NCBI GenBank assembly: GCA_043821645.1
Contig: JBDRCO010000087.1
Coordinates: 224,001-288,000, forward strand
Length of the DNA stretch: 64,000 bases
Reading direction: 5' to 3'
From: Pseudomonadota bacterium
GTDB lineage: Bacteria > Myxococcota > JACRCW01 > JAFGSX01
Numbering within the stretch: the stretch's first letter is position 1; every line of letters starts with the position of its first letter. The notes below the pieces were generated by a model, which saw only the letters and a program-made list of their open reading frames with translations, was not told where the DNA came from and did no database searches. Made by a program: the position numbers and the translations under genes. Positions 43,917-53,477 of the stretch are shown here, in pieces.

Positions 43917-45938
43917 ATGGTGGCTCAGTCTGGCCAGGCCACGCCGCGCATTCAGCTCGTCATCGAGGATGATGAGGGCAAGCGCATGGCCATCCCGCTG
44001 ACGCGGGACGAGATCACCATCGGCCGCAAGGACGGCAACATCATCCGTCTGACCGAGCGCAACGTGTCGCGCTTTCACGCGCGATTGCTCAAGCAGAACG
44101 CGATCTTCTACATCGAGGACCTCAACTCCTACACCGGCATCCGCATCAACGGTGATCGCATCGCGGGTCGAAACCAGATCCAGGAAGGCGATCTGATCGA
44201 GATCGGCGACTATCACCTGACCCTGCAACGCGAGGGGCAGCAGGCGCTCGAGGGCGAGGCCACGACGCGCGAGGCTCTCTCCGGCACCACCGAAGAGACC
44301 GTCAAGATGCAGATCGAGCCGTTGCCGGAGCAGACCATCCGCGCACCGGCACCGCCAGTAGCGTCGGAGACCGTCGCGCCGGCCGCCCCCAGTGAGGCCG
44401 CGGCGCGCGCCGAGCCAACAGCCCTCATCCGACCCGATCAGATGGAGGGCGCGCACGAGAACGCCCTCGGGGACATCCCCGAGCACGAGCGCGCGCATCT
44501 GGTGGCCGTGTCGACGGCTCTGGTCGGGCAGAGCTACCCTCTCAAGAAACGCGAGAGCGTGATCGGGCGCACCGACGAGAATGACGTGGTGCTAGACCAC
44601 CGCTCGGTCTCCCGCAACCACGCCAAGATCGTCTACGACGGACAGAAGTACACGGTGGTGGACCTCAAGAGCGCGAACGGCGTTCTGGTCAATGGCGAGG
44701 AGTACAGCCAGACCGCGCTACGGCCCGGCGACATCGTTGAACTCGGGCACGTGCAGCTGCGCTTCATCGAGCCCGGTGGGCGCTTCGAGCTCAGTGCCGA
44801 GGACGTCGAGCGGATCAAGGCCGAGGCCCAGCAAGCCGAGGTCGCGGCCGAGAGCAAGGGGCCGGCCACGGTGACCACCGCGCGCTTCGACCGCGGCCCC
44901 CTGGACCAGGAACTGGCCAAGCGCACCAAGCTCATCGCCATCGCCGCCGCGGCGCTGCTGTTTCTCCTCGGCATCGTCGTGATCGCGATGGTGTTTGGCG
45001 GTGGCGACGACAAGCCCACGACCACGCCCGGCGACACCCCGCCGGTGGACGGCGTCCCGGTGGTGGTGGATCTCCCCGTCGACACGCCCCCGGACCCGGT
45101 GGAGACGTCTCTCACCGACGCGCAGGTTGCCGAGCTGCTCACCCAGGTCGATGGGCACCTGCAGGCGGGGCGCTTTGACGAGGCCGACCAGACTGTCGGC
45201 AAGGTCCTCAAGGCGCGTCCTGATGACGAGGCCGCCCAGGATCTGCTCGAGAAGGTGGTGACCGAGCGCCGCGCCAAGGAGGACTTCGCTGCCGCCGAGG
45301 CCGACGAGAATGCCGGTCGTCTCGAGGAGGCCCTGGCCAAGTTCAGCTCGGTTCCTGCGGGCACCCTGTACCGTGAACGTGCGGTCAAGCATGCCAGCGG
45401 CGTGCGCGGCAAGCTGGTCGCCGAGCACTACGAGAAGGCCAACAGGGCTTTCAGCGAGGATGACTTCGAGGGCGCCAAGGCCGAGATCGAGGCGGGCCTG
45501 GTGCTGGTCTCCAACGACCGCAAGCTGCTCGATCTGCAGCAGCGCGTCGTCGCACTCGAGGAGCGCCTGGCCGCTGCCGGCGATCCCGACGACGGCAAGA
45601 CGGGCAAGACCCCCAAAAAGCCCAAGAAGCCCAAGAAACCGCCCTCCACCAAGCCCGAGACCAATCCCGAGGACGCCAAGAACTTTTACTCGGCGGGCAA
45701 CAAGCAGATCCTGCAAGGGCGCTTCAAGGAAGCGGTGGACCAGTTCAAGCTCGCCCTCAAGGCGGATCCCGGCTTCGCCGATGCGCACCGCGGCCTCGGC
45801 ATCGCCTATGCCCGGCTGGGCAAGGCGGACCTCGCGGTCAAGCACTACGAGACCTATGTGCAGAAACGACCCTATGCCTCCGACGCGGACAAGGTTCGCG
45901 AGATCCTCAAGAAGTTCAAGCAGAACGCACCCAAGTAG
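43917..45938 (+). CDS. Tandem-FHA, single-TM, periplasmic TPR protein
   Basis: Two FHA domains (IGR..VSRFHA..NG; IGR..VSRNHA..SANG); one TM; TPR helices (AHRGLGIAYARLG). Confidence 0.9.
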   Translation: MVAQSGQATPRIQLVIEDDEGKRMAIPLTRDEITIGRKDGNIIRLTERNVSRFHARLLKQNAIFYIEDLNSYTGIRINGDRIAGRNQIQEGDLIEIGDYHLTLQREGQQALEGEATTREALSGTTEETVKMQIEPLPEQTIRAPAPPVASETVAPAAPSEAAARAEPTALIRPDQMEGAHENALGDIPEHERAHLVAVSTALVGQSYPLKKRESVIGRTDENDVVLDHRSVSRNHAKIVYDGQKYTVVDLKSANGVLVNGEEYSQTALRPGDIVELGHVQLRFIEPGGRFELSAEDVERIKAEAQQAEVAAESKGPATVTTARFDRGPLDQELAKRTKLIAIAAAALLFLLGIVVIAMVFGGGDDKPTTTPGDTPPVDGVPVVVDLPVDTPPDPVETSLTDAQVAELLTQVDGHLQAGRFDEADQTVGKVLKARPDDEAAQDLLEKVVTERRAKEDFAAAEADENAGRLEEALAKFSSVPAGTLYRERAVKHASGVRGKLVAEHYEKANRAFSEDDFEGAKAEIEAGLVLVSNDRKLLDLQQRVVALEERLAAAGDPDDGKTGKTPKKPKKPKKPPSTKPETNPEDAKNFYSAGNKQILQGRFKEAVDQFKLALKADPGFADAHRGLGIAYARLGKADLAVKHYETYVQKRPYASDADKVREILKKFKQNAPK

Positions 45939-45974
45939 CGCCCCGCTGGTGATGTCCGGAGCCCTCCACCTGTC

Positions 45975-46004
45975 CTGACAGCGCAGCCAGGGGTGCGCTA
46001 TAGT
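45975..46004 (+). promoter_or_regulatory. Possible sigma70-type promoter of sctN
   Basis: CTGACA-N18-TATAGT. Confidence 0.4.
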
Positions 46005-46048
46005 CAAGGAGACTGGCCGAACGTGGCGGCAAGGTCGGAGACGCGGAC

Positions 46049-47392
46049 ATGGCGCAGGCGGGCAAGGTGCTGGATCTGGCCAAATACCTCGAGGAGATCG
46101 AGGAGGTCTCGACCGTGCACGTGCGCGGCCGGGTCACCGAGGTCACCGGCCTGATCATCACCGCGGCCGTGCCCGGGGTGTTCCTGGGTGAGATGTGCTA
46201 CATCGAGAGCGCCCACTCGTCGATCCGGCTCAAGACCGAGGTGGTGGGGTTCAAGGACGAGGCTGTGTACCTGATGCCCCTGGGCGAGCCCCGGGGCATA
46301 GGCCCCGACTCCATCGTGGTGCCCACGGGCAAGCCCTTCAGCATCAAGTGCGGCTACGGTCTGCTGGGCCGGGTCATTGGCGGCACCGGCGAGCCCATCG
46401 ACGGCGGCACGCCCCTCGAGGACATCCCCGGCCTCGAGGACTGGGCGGTGGAGCGCTCGGCCCCGGATCCCTACACCCGCCAGCCCGTGGACCGCGTGAT
46501 CTCCTTCGGGGTGCGCGCCTGGGACGGCCTGCTCACCGTGGGCCGCGGCCAGCGCGTGGGCCTGTTCGCCGGTTCCGGCGTCGGCAAGTCGACGCTCATG
46601 GGGCAGATCGCCCGCCAGTGCTCGGCCGAGATCGTCGTCGTCAACCTGGTCGGCGAGCGTGGTCGCGAGGTGCTGGAGTTCATTCACGACTCCCTGGGCG
46701 AGGAGGGCCTGGCGCGCAGCGTGGTGGTGTGCGCGACCTCCAACGAGTCCAGCCTGGTGCGTCTCAAGTCCTGCTACGTCGCCACGGCGGTCGCCGAGTG
46801 GTTCCGGGATCAGGGCAAGGACGTGCTGTTCATGATGGACTCGTCGACGCGCTTTGCCCGCGCCCAGCGTGAGATCGGCCTGGCCCTGGGCGAGCCGCCC
46901 GCGCGCCAGGGCTTTCCGCCCAGCGTGTTCGCCTTGATCCCGCGGCTGATGGAGCGCACCGGCAACAACGACAAGGGCTCGGTCACCGCGCTGTACACCA
47001 TCCTGGTGCAGGGCGGCGACATGGAGGAGCCCATCGCCGACGAGGTGCGCGGTATTCTCGACGGTCACGTGATCCTCAACCGCGACCTCGGCGCGCGCAA
47101 CCATTGGCCGGCCATCGACATCCTGCCCAGCCTGTCCCGCGTCATGACCGGCATCGTGTCGCCGGAGCACAAGAAGGCCGCCAGCAAGCTGCGCGAGGTG
47201 CTGGCGTCCTACGAGAAGAACCGCGACCTGATCCTGCTCGGCGCCTACCAGTACGGCTCCGATCCCAAGGTGGACTACGCCATCGACAAGATCGAGGAGG
47301 TCGAGGAGTTCTTGAAGCAGGGCACCAAGGACCAGAACGACTTCGACGACACCGTGCAGCGCATGGTCGAGCTGTTCTCGGATGCCGAGTGA
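46049..47392 (+). CDS. sctN: T3SS ATPase SctN (FliI/YscN)
   Basis: GLFAGSGVGKS; GERGREV; MDSSTRFARAQREIGL; DEVRGILDGH; GAYQYGSDP. Confidence 0.96.
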   Translation: MAQAGKVLDLAKYLEEIEEVSTVHVRGRVTEVTGLIITAAVPGVFLGEMCYIESAHSSIRLKTEVVGFKDEAVYLMPLGEPRGIGPDSIVVPTGKPFSIKCGYGLLGRVIGGTGEPIDGGTPLEDIPGLEDWAVERSAPDPYTRQPVDRVISFGVRAWDGLLTVGRGQRVGLFAGSGVGKSTLMGQIARQCSAEIVVVNLVGERGREVLEFIHDSLGEEGLARSVVVCATSNESSLVRLKSCYVATAVAEWFRDQGKDVLFMMDSSTRFARAQREIGLALGEPPARQGFPPSVFALIPRLMERTGNNDKGSVTALYTILVQGGDMEEPIADEVRGILDGHVILNRDLGARNHWPAIDILPSLSRVMTGIVSPEHKKAASKLREVLASYEKNRDLILLGAYQYGSDPKVDYAIDKIEEVEEFLKQGTKDQNDFDDTVQRMVELFSDAE

Positions 47393-47527
47393 CGACGAGG
47401 AACAAACGACGTTTGCCCCGCGGAGCAACCGCGAAGAGGCGTTCTTGACTGCGCTGCCGGGGGGGGAATGGCGACGGGTTCACTCTGTCGGTAGAAGGGG
47501 GCGGGCCGGCCGTCCCCTGGGAAAGAA

Positions 47528-48025
47528 ATGAAGCTCCCTGACTACCGCCTGCAGACTCTCTTCAACCTTCGCGAGAAGGCCAAGAAGGCGGCCGAGGATG
47601 CCTATGCCGAGGCCCAGAAGGAGATGGCCGCGGAGCAGGCGCGGCTCGACGAGATGAAGGCTGAGCTGGCCGCCAAGGTCGAGTTCCGCGAGGGCAAGCG
47701 CCACGAGTACGCCGAGAAGGCCAGCCGCGGCGAGATGAACGTGCACACCATGACCTCGAGCCAGCGCCACATCGAGCGGCTCAAGGAAGAAGAGGCGGCC
47801 TACGAGGTCGAGATCGACAAGCAGCGCGAGCGTCTGCACGAGGCCGAGAAGGTGGTGGAGAAGAAGCGCGAGGAGATGGTTGTCGCCAACCGCGACTTCA
47901 AGGCCCTGGAGAAGCACAAGGAAAAGTGGGCCAAGAAGACCAGGCGCGAGATCATGCTCAAGGAGGAGGATGCCGCCGAGGACATCGCCCAGGCCCAGTT
48001 CTTGGCGCGTCAGCGAGGTAATTGA
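47528..48025 (+). CDS. sctO: T3SS stalk protein SctO (FliJ-like)
   Basis: YRLQTL..LRE start; charged coiled coil; KALEKHKEKW; follows the ATPase. Confidence 0.8.
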   Translation: MKLPDYRLQTLFNLREKAKKAAEDAYAEAQKEMAAEQARLDEMKAELAAKVEFREGKRHEYAEKASRGEMNVHTMTSSQRHIERLKEEEAAYEVEIDKQRERLHEAEKVVEKKREEMVVANRDFKALEKHKEKWAKKTRREIMLKEEDAAEDIAQAQFLARQRGN

Positions 48026-48142
48026 CGGGGTGCGTCATGGGGTGGGAGCGGCATCCGCAACAGGCGCTGCCGCGGGACCGATAACGGTCGGAGAGCGGTA
48101 AAGTATTGCACCGCGGTGGTCTGTCACCGACGAGGGGTCAGG

Positions 48143-49084
48143 ATGGAAAAGCTCAATGTCAGCAACAAGCAAGCGACCACCAATACGAACCAGGCCGACG
48201 AGGCCGCCAAGGCGCCAGCGAAGACAGACTTCGCGCAGCTGTTGCAGCAGAAGGCCGGCGAGAACGCGCAGCAGACAGCAGGCCAGCAGGCTACCAGCCA
48301 GGCACGGGGCCAGCTGCAGCAGCATGCAGGTCGCGCGGCCATGAACCAGAGCGCGCAAGGAGCTGCCATGAGTCAGGCCAACCAGCAGGCCGCTGCCAAC
48401 GCCATGCCGCGAACCATGAAACCCATGGTGCAGAACCCGCATCTGGCCAAGGTGCAGCAGGCGACCAAGCAGTTCGACCAGCAGCTGGCCCAGGCCAAGC
48501 AGAGCACCGTCGAGGGACAGAAGGTGATGGGCGACATCCGCAGCGAGGCCAAGGCCCAGGACCTGACCCGCTCGGCGGATCGCAGCACGGACACCACGCG
48601 CGCCGAGGTGCGCAGCGAGGTCAACCGTGGCGTCGGCAAGGAGATGGCCGTGGATTCCAAGGTCCGCGCCGAGGCTCAGCAGCAAGCCATGCGCAACCTG
48701 CAGGGCAACCGCACGGCGCTGCGCGATTCCGCGATCCATGGTGTCGGCAGCGTCGGCGAGTCGGGGCGCAACCAGGCAGCGGCCGAGGTCAAGGGCGCAC
48801 GCAAGCCGCAGGAGATCCCGCAGGAGATCCTGGACAAGCTGGTCGAGGAAGTGCGGGTGGGTGTCAACGAGAACGGTCAGAGCGAGTTCCAGATCGATCT
48901 CAAGGACGGCGTGCTGCAGGGCATGAGCCTCAAGGTCACGGCCGAGAATGGCAAGGTCAACTGCCAGTTCATCGGTGGTGATAACAGCGCCAAGAACTTC
49001 ATCGAGTCGAGCCAGGGTGCCCTGGCCCGCGCCCTCGAGGGCAAGGGGCTGAGCCTCGATCGCCTGAGCGTGGCCACAGCCTGA
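48143..49084 (+). CDS. FliK/SctP-like ruler or substrate-switch protein
   Basis: Gln/Ala-rich disordered N-terminus; C-terminal T3S4-like domain (EFQIDLK..L.GMSLKV..ENGKV..F..L..AL.GKGL). Confidence 0.7.
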   Translation: MEKLNVSNKQATTNTNQADEAAKAPAKTDFAQLLQQKAGENAQQTAGQQATSQARGQLQQHAGRAAMNQSAQGAAMSQANQQAAANAMPRTMKPMVQNPHLAKVQQATKQFDQQLAQAKQSTVEGQKVMGDIRSEAKAQDLTRSADRSTDTTRAEVRSEVNRGVGKEMAVDSKVRAEAQQQAMRNLQGNRTALRDSAIHGVGSVGESGRNQAAAEVKGARKPQEIPQEILDKLVEEVRVGVNENGQSEFQIDLKDGVLQGMSLKVTAENGKVNCQFIGGDNSAKNFIESSQGALARALEGKGLSLDRLSVATA

Positions 49085-49155
49085 TCCGCGCGTCCCGGGA
49101 CGCTTCCCCCTAAAAAAATGCCTTCTGAAACCGCCTGGTTCCCGGCGGCCACCCA

Positions 49156-49184
49156 TTGACACTCCGGGGGGTGACCCATAGGCT
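49156..49184 (+). promoter_or_regulatory. sigma70-type promoter of sctQ-fliO-sctRST
   Basis: TTGACA-N17-TAGGCT. Confidence 0.65.
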
Positions 49185-49286
49185 TTGCGGCTCGCTGGCC
49201 GCGGTGTGCATACGGCCCGAAGCGGACGTGTGTCGTCGAGACGCAGACCGTGCCGGGCAGGCGCGCAGAGAAAAAGGCAAGGACCC

Positions 49287-50825
49287 ATGGCACGGGACAT
49301 CCGTCCCTTCAAGTTCGGCTCCCTCGAGCGCTGGACGCGGCCACAGCTGCGCGTGCTCGAGACTTTGCAGGCCTACCTGCCGGCGTCGCCCTTCACACCT
49401 GGTTTCAAGGACAAGCTGCGCGGTGTGCTACAGCCCTACCTCAACTGCGATCTCGACGTGTGGCTGGACGCCATGATGCCCAGCACCGGCGAGGCGATCC
49501 TGAAACAGCTGCCCAAGTCCACGCTGGTGGCGGTGCTCGGCATGCCCCCCGAGCCACACAAGATCCTGGTCGAGTTCGACGTGTCCCTGGCCACGATGTG
49601 TGTGGACCGGGTGCTCGGTGGCAAGGGCGAGGATGGTGCCGGGCAGACCCCTCTGACCGAGATCGAGCAAGGGGTGTTCGCCTTTCTGGTGCTCAAGGTG
49701 CTGCATCTGCTGCGCGGCGAGTGGGGAGACGAGGCGCGCACAGCGCTCAAGCTCGAGGCCTTTCGCTCCTCGGCAGATACCCTGGTCGACGACATCAAGC
49801 GGGACATGGGCTACTTCACGCTGGGCTTCAAGCTGTTCTTTGACCTCAGCGTGGGCTTCGCGCGCATGTCCCTGCCGGTGGAACTCATCGCCTCGCAGTT
49901 CAACTTCAACATGGACCCCGATGGCCCGGTGGCGCGTCGGCGTCGCGATCTCATGCGCGGGGCCTGGCACCGCCTGGACGGCGTGCGCGCGCCCCTGGTC
50001 ATCGAGGCCGGGCGCAGCGAGCTGGCACCCGACGACGTGGCCAACCTCGAGGTCGGAGACATCATCCTGATCGAGGAGACCGGCCTGACCCTCGACGGCG
50101 ACAACCTGAGCGGTTCGGTGCGGGCTCGCCTGGGCGCCGGCAGCCATGGCGTGGTCGAGGGCGAGGTGCAGACCGATGACAGCGGGCGGCTGCAGCTCTC
50201 GATCGCCGACATCGTGCAGGTGGGCGAACCAGATTCCGAGGACGACGACGAGACCGCACCGGGCGAGGACGACGACGACGACGACGACGAGGATGAGGAG
50301 AATGAGGTCCTTGGTCCGTCGAGGAGATCTGCCATGAGCACGCATCGCCGAGCCGAGAGCATCGCCCGCACCGTGGCCGCCCAGGGCCTGGACCCGTTCG
50401 CGCCCGAGGGTGATGAGGCCGTGAGCCTGGGGCCCGTTGGCGACGACGACGCCCTGGACGATCTGCGCGATGGCACCGAGCACGATGACGACGATGAGGA
50501 AGAATACGAAGACGACGAGGAGGAAGAAGAAGAGGAGGAGGAGGAGGAAGAAGAAGAAGAAGAGGAGGAGGGGGCGGAGCCTGACAACCTGCAAGGCACC
50601 GAGAATCTCCTGCATGACCTCTCTGTTCACCTGGTGGTCGAGCTGGGTCGCGTCAAGATGTCGGCCACGGACGTCGTCAACCTGCGCACCGGCATGGTGC
50701 TCGAGCTCAAGCGCACGCCACATGACCCCGTGGATCTGGTGGTGCAAAACCGCCTGATCGGCAAGGGCGAGCTGGTCGAGGTCGAGGGCTCGCTCGGCGT
50801 GCGGCTGATCAGCCTGGCGAAATGA
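49287..50825 (+). CDS. sctQ: T3SS cytoplasmic ring protein SctQ (FliM/FliN-like)
   Basis: FliM-like middle domain (VDRVLGG..PLTEIEQ); two SPOA domains (LEVGDII; VELGR..GKGELVEVEGSLGVRL) separated by an acidic linker. Confidence 0.9.
   Translation: MARDIRPFKFGSLERWTRPQLRVLETLQAYLPASPFTPGFKDKLRGVLQPYLNCDLDVWLDAMMPSTGEAILKQLPKSTLVAVLGMPPEPHKILVEFDVSLATMCVDRVLGGKGEDGAGQTPLTEIEQGVFAFLVLKVLHLLRGEWGDEARTALKLEAFRSSADTLVDDIKRDMGYFTLGFKLFFDLSVGFARMSLPVELIASQFNFNMDPDGPVARRRRDLMRGAWHRLDGVRAPLVIEAGRSELAPDDVANLEVGDIILIEETGLTLDGDNLSGSVRARLGAGSHGVVEGEVQTDDSGRLQLSIADIVQVGEPDSEDDDETAPGEDDDDDDDEDEENEVLGPSRRSAMSTHRRAESIARTVAAQGLDPFAPEGDEAVSLGPVGDDDALDDLRDGTEHDDDDEEEYEDDEEEEEEEEEEEEEEEEEEGAEPDNLQGTENLLHDLSVHLVVELGRVKMSATDVVNLRTGMVLELKRTPHDPVDLVVQNRLIGKGELVEVEGSLGVRLISLAK
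50232..50570 (+). repeat. Asp/Glu low-complexity tracts in sctQ
   Basis: GAC/GAT/GAG/GAA runs; 18 consecutive Glu codons at 50517-50570. Confidence 0.9.
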
Positions 50826-51466
50826 TGGAGCCTGTGCGCGCCAGGACGAGGTGCGGGCGCCCTGCTATCGCAGCGTGGTGTGCCCAAGGCATTCTTGTCG
50901 CCGGGATGCTGGCGCTGTGGCCGGGAGCAGCCCGCGCGGCCATGGCCGAACCGGTGGTCGCTGTGCCGAGGGATGCCGCCGCGGGCGAGGCTGCCGTGGC
51001 AGGGTCACAGCCGGCCCAGGAGCCTCCGTTCCTCGAGGGTCCCGCCGCGGCTCCAGCAACAGGCGAGGCCCCCGACGAGCGCGACGATCCCCGCGGCAGT
51101 ACCGTGACCGCGCTGGTGCGCATGGTGCTGGTGCTGGCAGGCATCATCCTGCTGGCCTACCTGATCCTGCACAAGGGTATGGGGAGCCTGAGCGCGAAGC
51201 TGGCCCAGGGCCGACTGGTGCACGTTGTGGACAGGGTCGGGCTCGAGCCCAAGAAGACCCTGTATGTGGTCGAGATCGCCGGGCGCTACTACCTGATCGG
51301 CACCAGCGACCACGGGGTGTCCTGCCTGGCGACCTTGAGTGGGGACGCGGATCGCAGTGGGTTCGAAAACCTGCTGCGCACGCACCGGGGCGCGGGTCCG
51401 GTCGCAGCAGCGACGGATTCGAAGGCAGACGCTGCGGTCGGGGGCGACGGAGGCCGTCATGGGTGA
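50822..51466 (+). CDS. fliO: FliO/MopB family protein
   Basis: TM then VHVVDRVGLEPKKTLYVVEIAGRYYLIGTSDHGV. Confidence 0.85.
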   Translation: MMEPVRARTRCGRPAIAAWCAQGILVAGMLALWPGAARAAMAEPVVAVPRDAAAGEAAVAGSQPAQEPPFLEGPAAAPATGEAPDERDDPRGSTVTALVRMVLVLAGIILLAYLILHKGMGSLSAKLAQGRLVHVVDRVGLEPKKTLYVVEIAGRYYLIGTSDHGVSCLATLSGDADRSGFENLLRTHRGAGPVAAATDSKADAAVGGDGGRHG

Positions 51467-52280
51467 ACGGAGACATTCCCGGTGGCAGCGAGGGTTGCGC
51501 TGGCAGGGTCTGCCGTGGCTGGTTGGCCTCGCCGGTGTGCTGCTGAGCAGCGAGGTGCTGGCCAAGGCCGCGGCCAAGGGTGTCGACGCCGTGGACCTGC
51601 TGGCGCGCGACTCGGTGGCCAACCGCCCGCTGATCCTGATGGTGGCGCTGTCCGCCATGGCCCTGGTGCCCTTCGTGGGCATGATGGTCACCTCCTTCGT
51701 CAAGATCGCGGTGGTGCTCTCGATCACGCGCCAGGCCATGGGCACCCAGCAGACGCCGCCGACCACCGTGATCACGGGTCTCTCGATCATCCTGACGGTG
51801 TACGTGATGATGCCGGTGGGGCAGGAGGTCTACCGCGTCACCGATGAATACCTGGCGCAGACCAATGCCACCATCCTGGATCCCAAGAACGTGGACCTGA
51901 TCCTGGGGGCCACCAACAAGGCCAAGGAGCCACTCAAGAAGTTCCTGAAGAAGCACGCCCACACCCTGGACCAGCAGATGTTCTACTCGGTGGCCTGGCG
52001 CATGCGCGACCCGGTGGATCGCGTCAACCTGGCGCGCGATGACCTGACGGTGCTGGTGCCGGCCTTCGTGATCAGCGAGCTCAAAGAGGCTTTTCAGATC
52101 GGCTTCATCATCTTCGTCCCCTTCCTGGTCATCGACATGGTGGTGGCCAATATTTTGATGGCCCTGGGCATGGCCATGCTGTCACCGACGACGATCTCGC
52201 TGCCGTTCAAGCTGCTGCTGTTTGTGCTGGTGGATGGCTGGTACCTGATCACCCGCGGTCTGGTGCTGGGTTACCTGTAG
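51459..52280 (+). CDS. sctR: T3SS export gate SctR (FliP)
   Basis: TSFVKIAVV..RQAMGTQQTPP; PAFVISEL..AFQIGF; LPFKLLLFVLVDGW. Confidence 0.96.
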   Translation: MGERRHSRWQRGLRWQGLPWLVGLAGVLLSSEVLAKAAAKGVDAVDLLARDSVANRPLILMVALSAMALVPFVGMMVTSFVKIAVVLSITRQAMGTQQTPPTTVITGLSIILTVYVMMPVGQEVYRVTDEYLAQTNATILDPKNVDLILGATNKAKEPLKKFLKKHAHTLDQQMFYSVAWRMRDPVDRVNLARDDLTVLVPAFVISELKEAFQIGFIIFVPFLVIDMVVANILMALGMAMLSPTTISLPFKLLLFVLVDGWYLITRGLVLGYL

Positions 52281-52298
52281 CGTCACCGGGAGGTCTCC

Positions 52299-52568
52299 AT
52301 GGTCCGGGAGTTCATCGTCCAGGCGACCAACGAGGCCGTGTTCCTAGTCATCGTGCTGTGCGGGCCCGCCCTGATCATCAGCATGGCGGTCGGTCTGGCC
52401 GTTGCCCTGTTCTCGGCGACGACGCAGATCCAGGAGCAGACCCTGAGTTTCGTGCCCAAGATGATCGCCGTGTTCGCGGTGCTGGCGGCCACCGGTTCCT
52501 GGATCGGAGCGACTCTATTTGGATTTGCCCAGCGCCTGCTCGGAGGCTTTGTCGACATCGTGCGCTGA
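52299..52568 (+). CDS. sctS: T3SS export gate SctS (FliQ)
   Basis: ATTQIQEQTLSFVPK. Confidence 0.96.
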   Translation: MVREFIVQATNEAVFLVIVLCGPALIISMAVGLAVALFSATTQIQEQTLSFVPKMIAVFAVLAATGSWIGATLFGFAQRLLGGFVDIVR

Positions 52569-52586
52569 GCGGTCCCTGAAACGAAG

Positions 52587-53402
52587 ATGGAAGAACTCCT
52601 CAACCTGCTGCAGCAGCAAGTCGACTTCACCCGGGCCATCGTCGCCATGGCCCTGGTACTGGCGCGCTTGCTGGTCATCGTGCAGCTGACGCCCTTCCTC
52701 GGCGGCAAGAACGCCCCGCCCGAGGTCAAGATGGGCATCGCCATCGCCCTCAACGTGCTCATCTTTCCGATCGTGTACGGCAAGCTCGACGGGCCCATAC
52801 CGCTGGACGCGGTGAACTTCATCTTCATGATGCTCAAGGAGGTCTTCATCGGTCTGTTCATCGGCTTCATCGGCGCCGAACTTTTTTACGCGGTGGAGAT
52901 GGCGGGACAGTTCATGAACCTGCTCAACGGCACCAACATGGTCCAGATCCAGGTGCCCCAGTTGCAGGAGCGTTCGAGCGCCTTCGGCGACCTCAACTAC
53001 CAGTTGCTGCTGGTGATCTTCCTGGCCTTCAACGGCCACCACATCTTTCTCGACGTCATGTTCCAGAGTTTCGTGGACCTGCCCATCAACCGCTGGCCCG
53101 AGTTCTCGGCCGGCATGTGGCCGCTCATCGACCTCGCCATGCGCATCACCGGCGACCTGTTCTTGATCGCGGTGGGTGTGGCCGCACCCATCGGTATCGC
53201 CTGCCTGATCACGGATATCTCGTTTGGTCTGCTCAATCGCGTCGCGCCCCAGATCAACGCCTACTTCATGGCCATGCCGGCCAAGGCCATGGTCGGCGCC
53301 ATGATGTTCTTCGTGGCCCTGCCGATGATCCTTCAGGTCTACGAGGAGCACTCGATGAACATGCTGGGTCTTGTGCGAGGCGTTCTGATCCTGTTCCGGT
53401 GA
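52587..53402 (+). CDS. sctT: T3SS export gate SctT (FliR)
   Basis: KEVFIG..AVEMAG; GLLNRVAPQIN..AMPAK. Confidence 0.95.
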   Translation: MEELLNLLQQQVDFTRAIVAMALVLARLLVIVQLTPFLGGKNAPPEVKMGIAIALNVLIFPIVYGKLDGPIPLDAVNFIFMMLKEVFIGLFIGFIGAELFYAVEMAGQFMNLLNGTNMVQIQVPQLQERSSAFGDLNYQLLLVIFLAFNGHHIFLDVMFQSFVDLPINRWPEFSAGMWPLIDLAMRITGDLFLIAVGVAAPIGIACLITDISFGLLNRVAPQINAYFMAMPAKAMVGAMMFFVALPMILQVYEEHSMNMLGLVRGVLILFR

Positions 53403-53477
53403 GGGCCTGGCGGTGACACACCGCAGCGGCCGGGACGCGGGCTTGCTCGACGGGGCGGTAGAGGTTTTACTACAGAC

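Noticed and set aside
46049-53402. Interpretation as a flagellar fliI-J-K-M/N-O-P-Q-R operon
   Set aside because: The ring protein is an SctJ-type lipoprotein and no rod, hook, filament, motor or fliL gene is present; cannot be fully excluded without the rest of the genome
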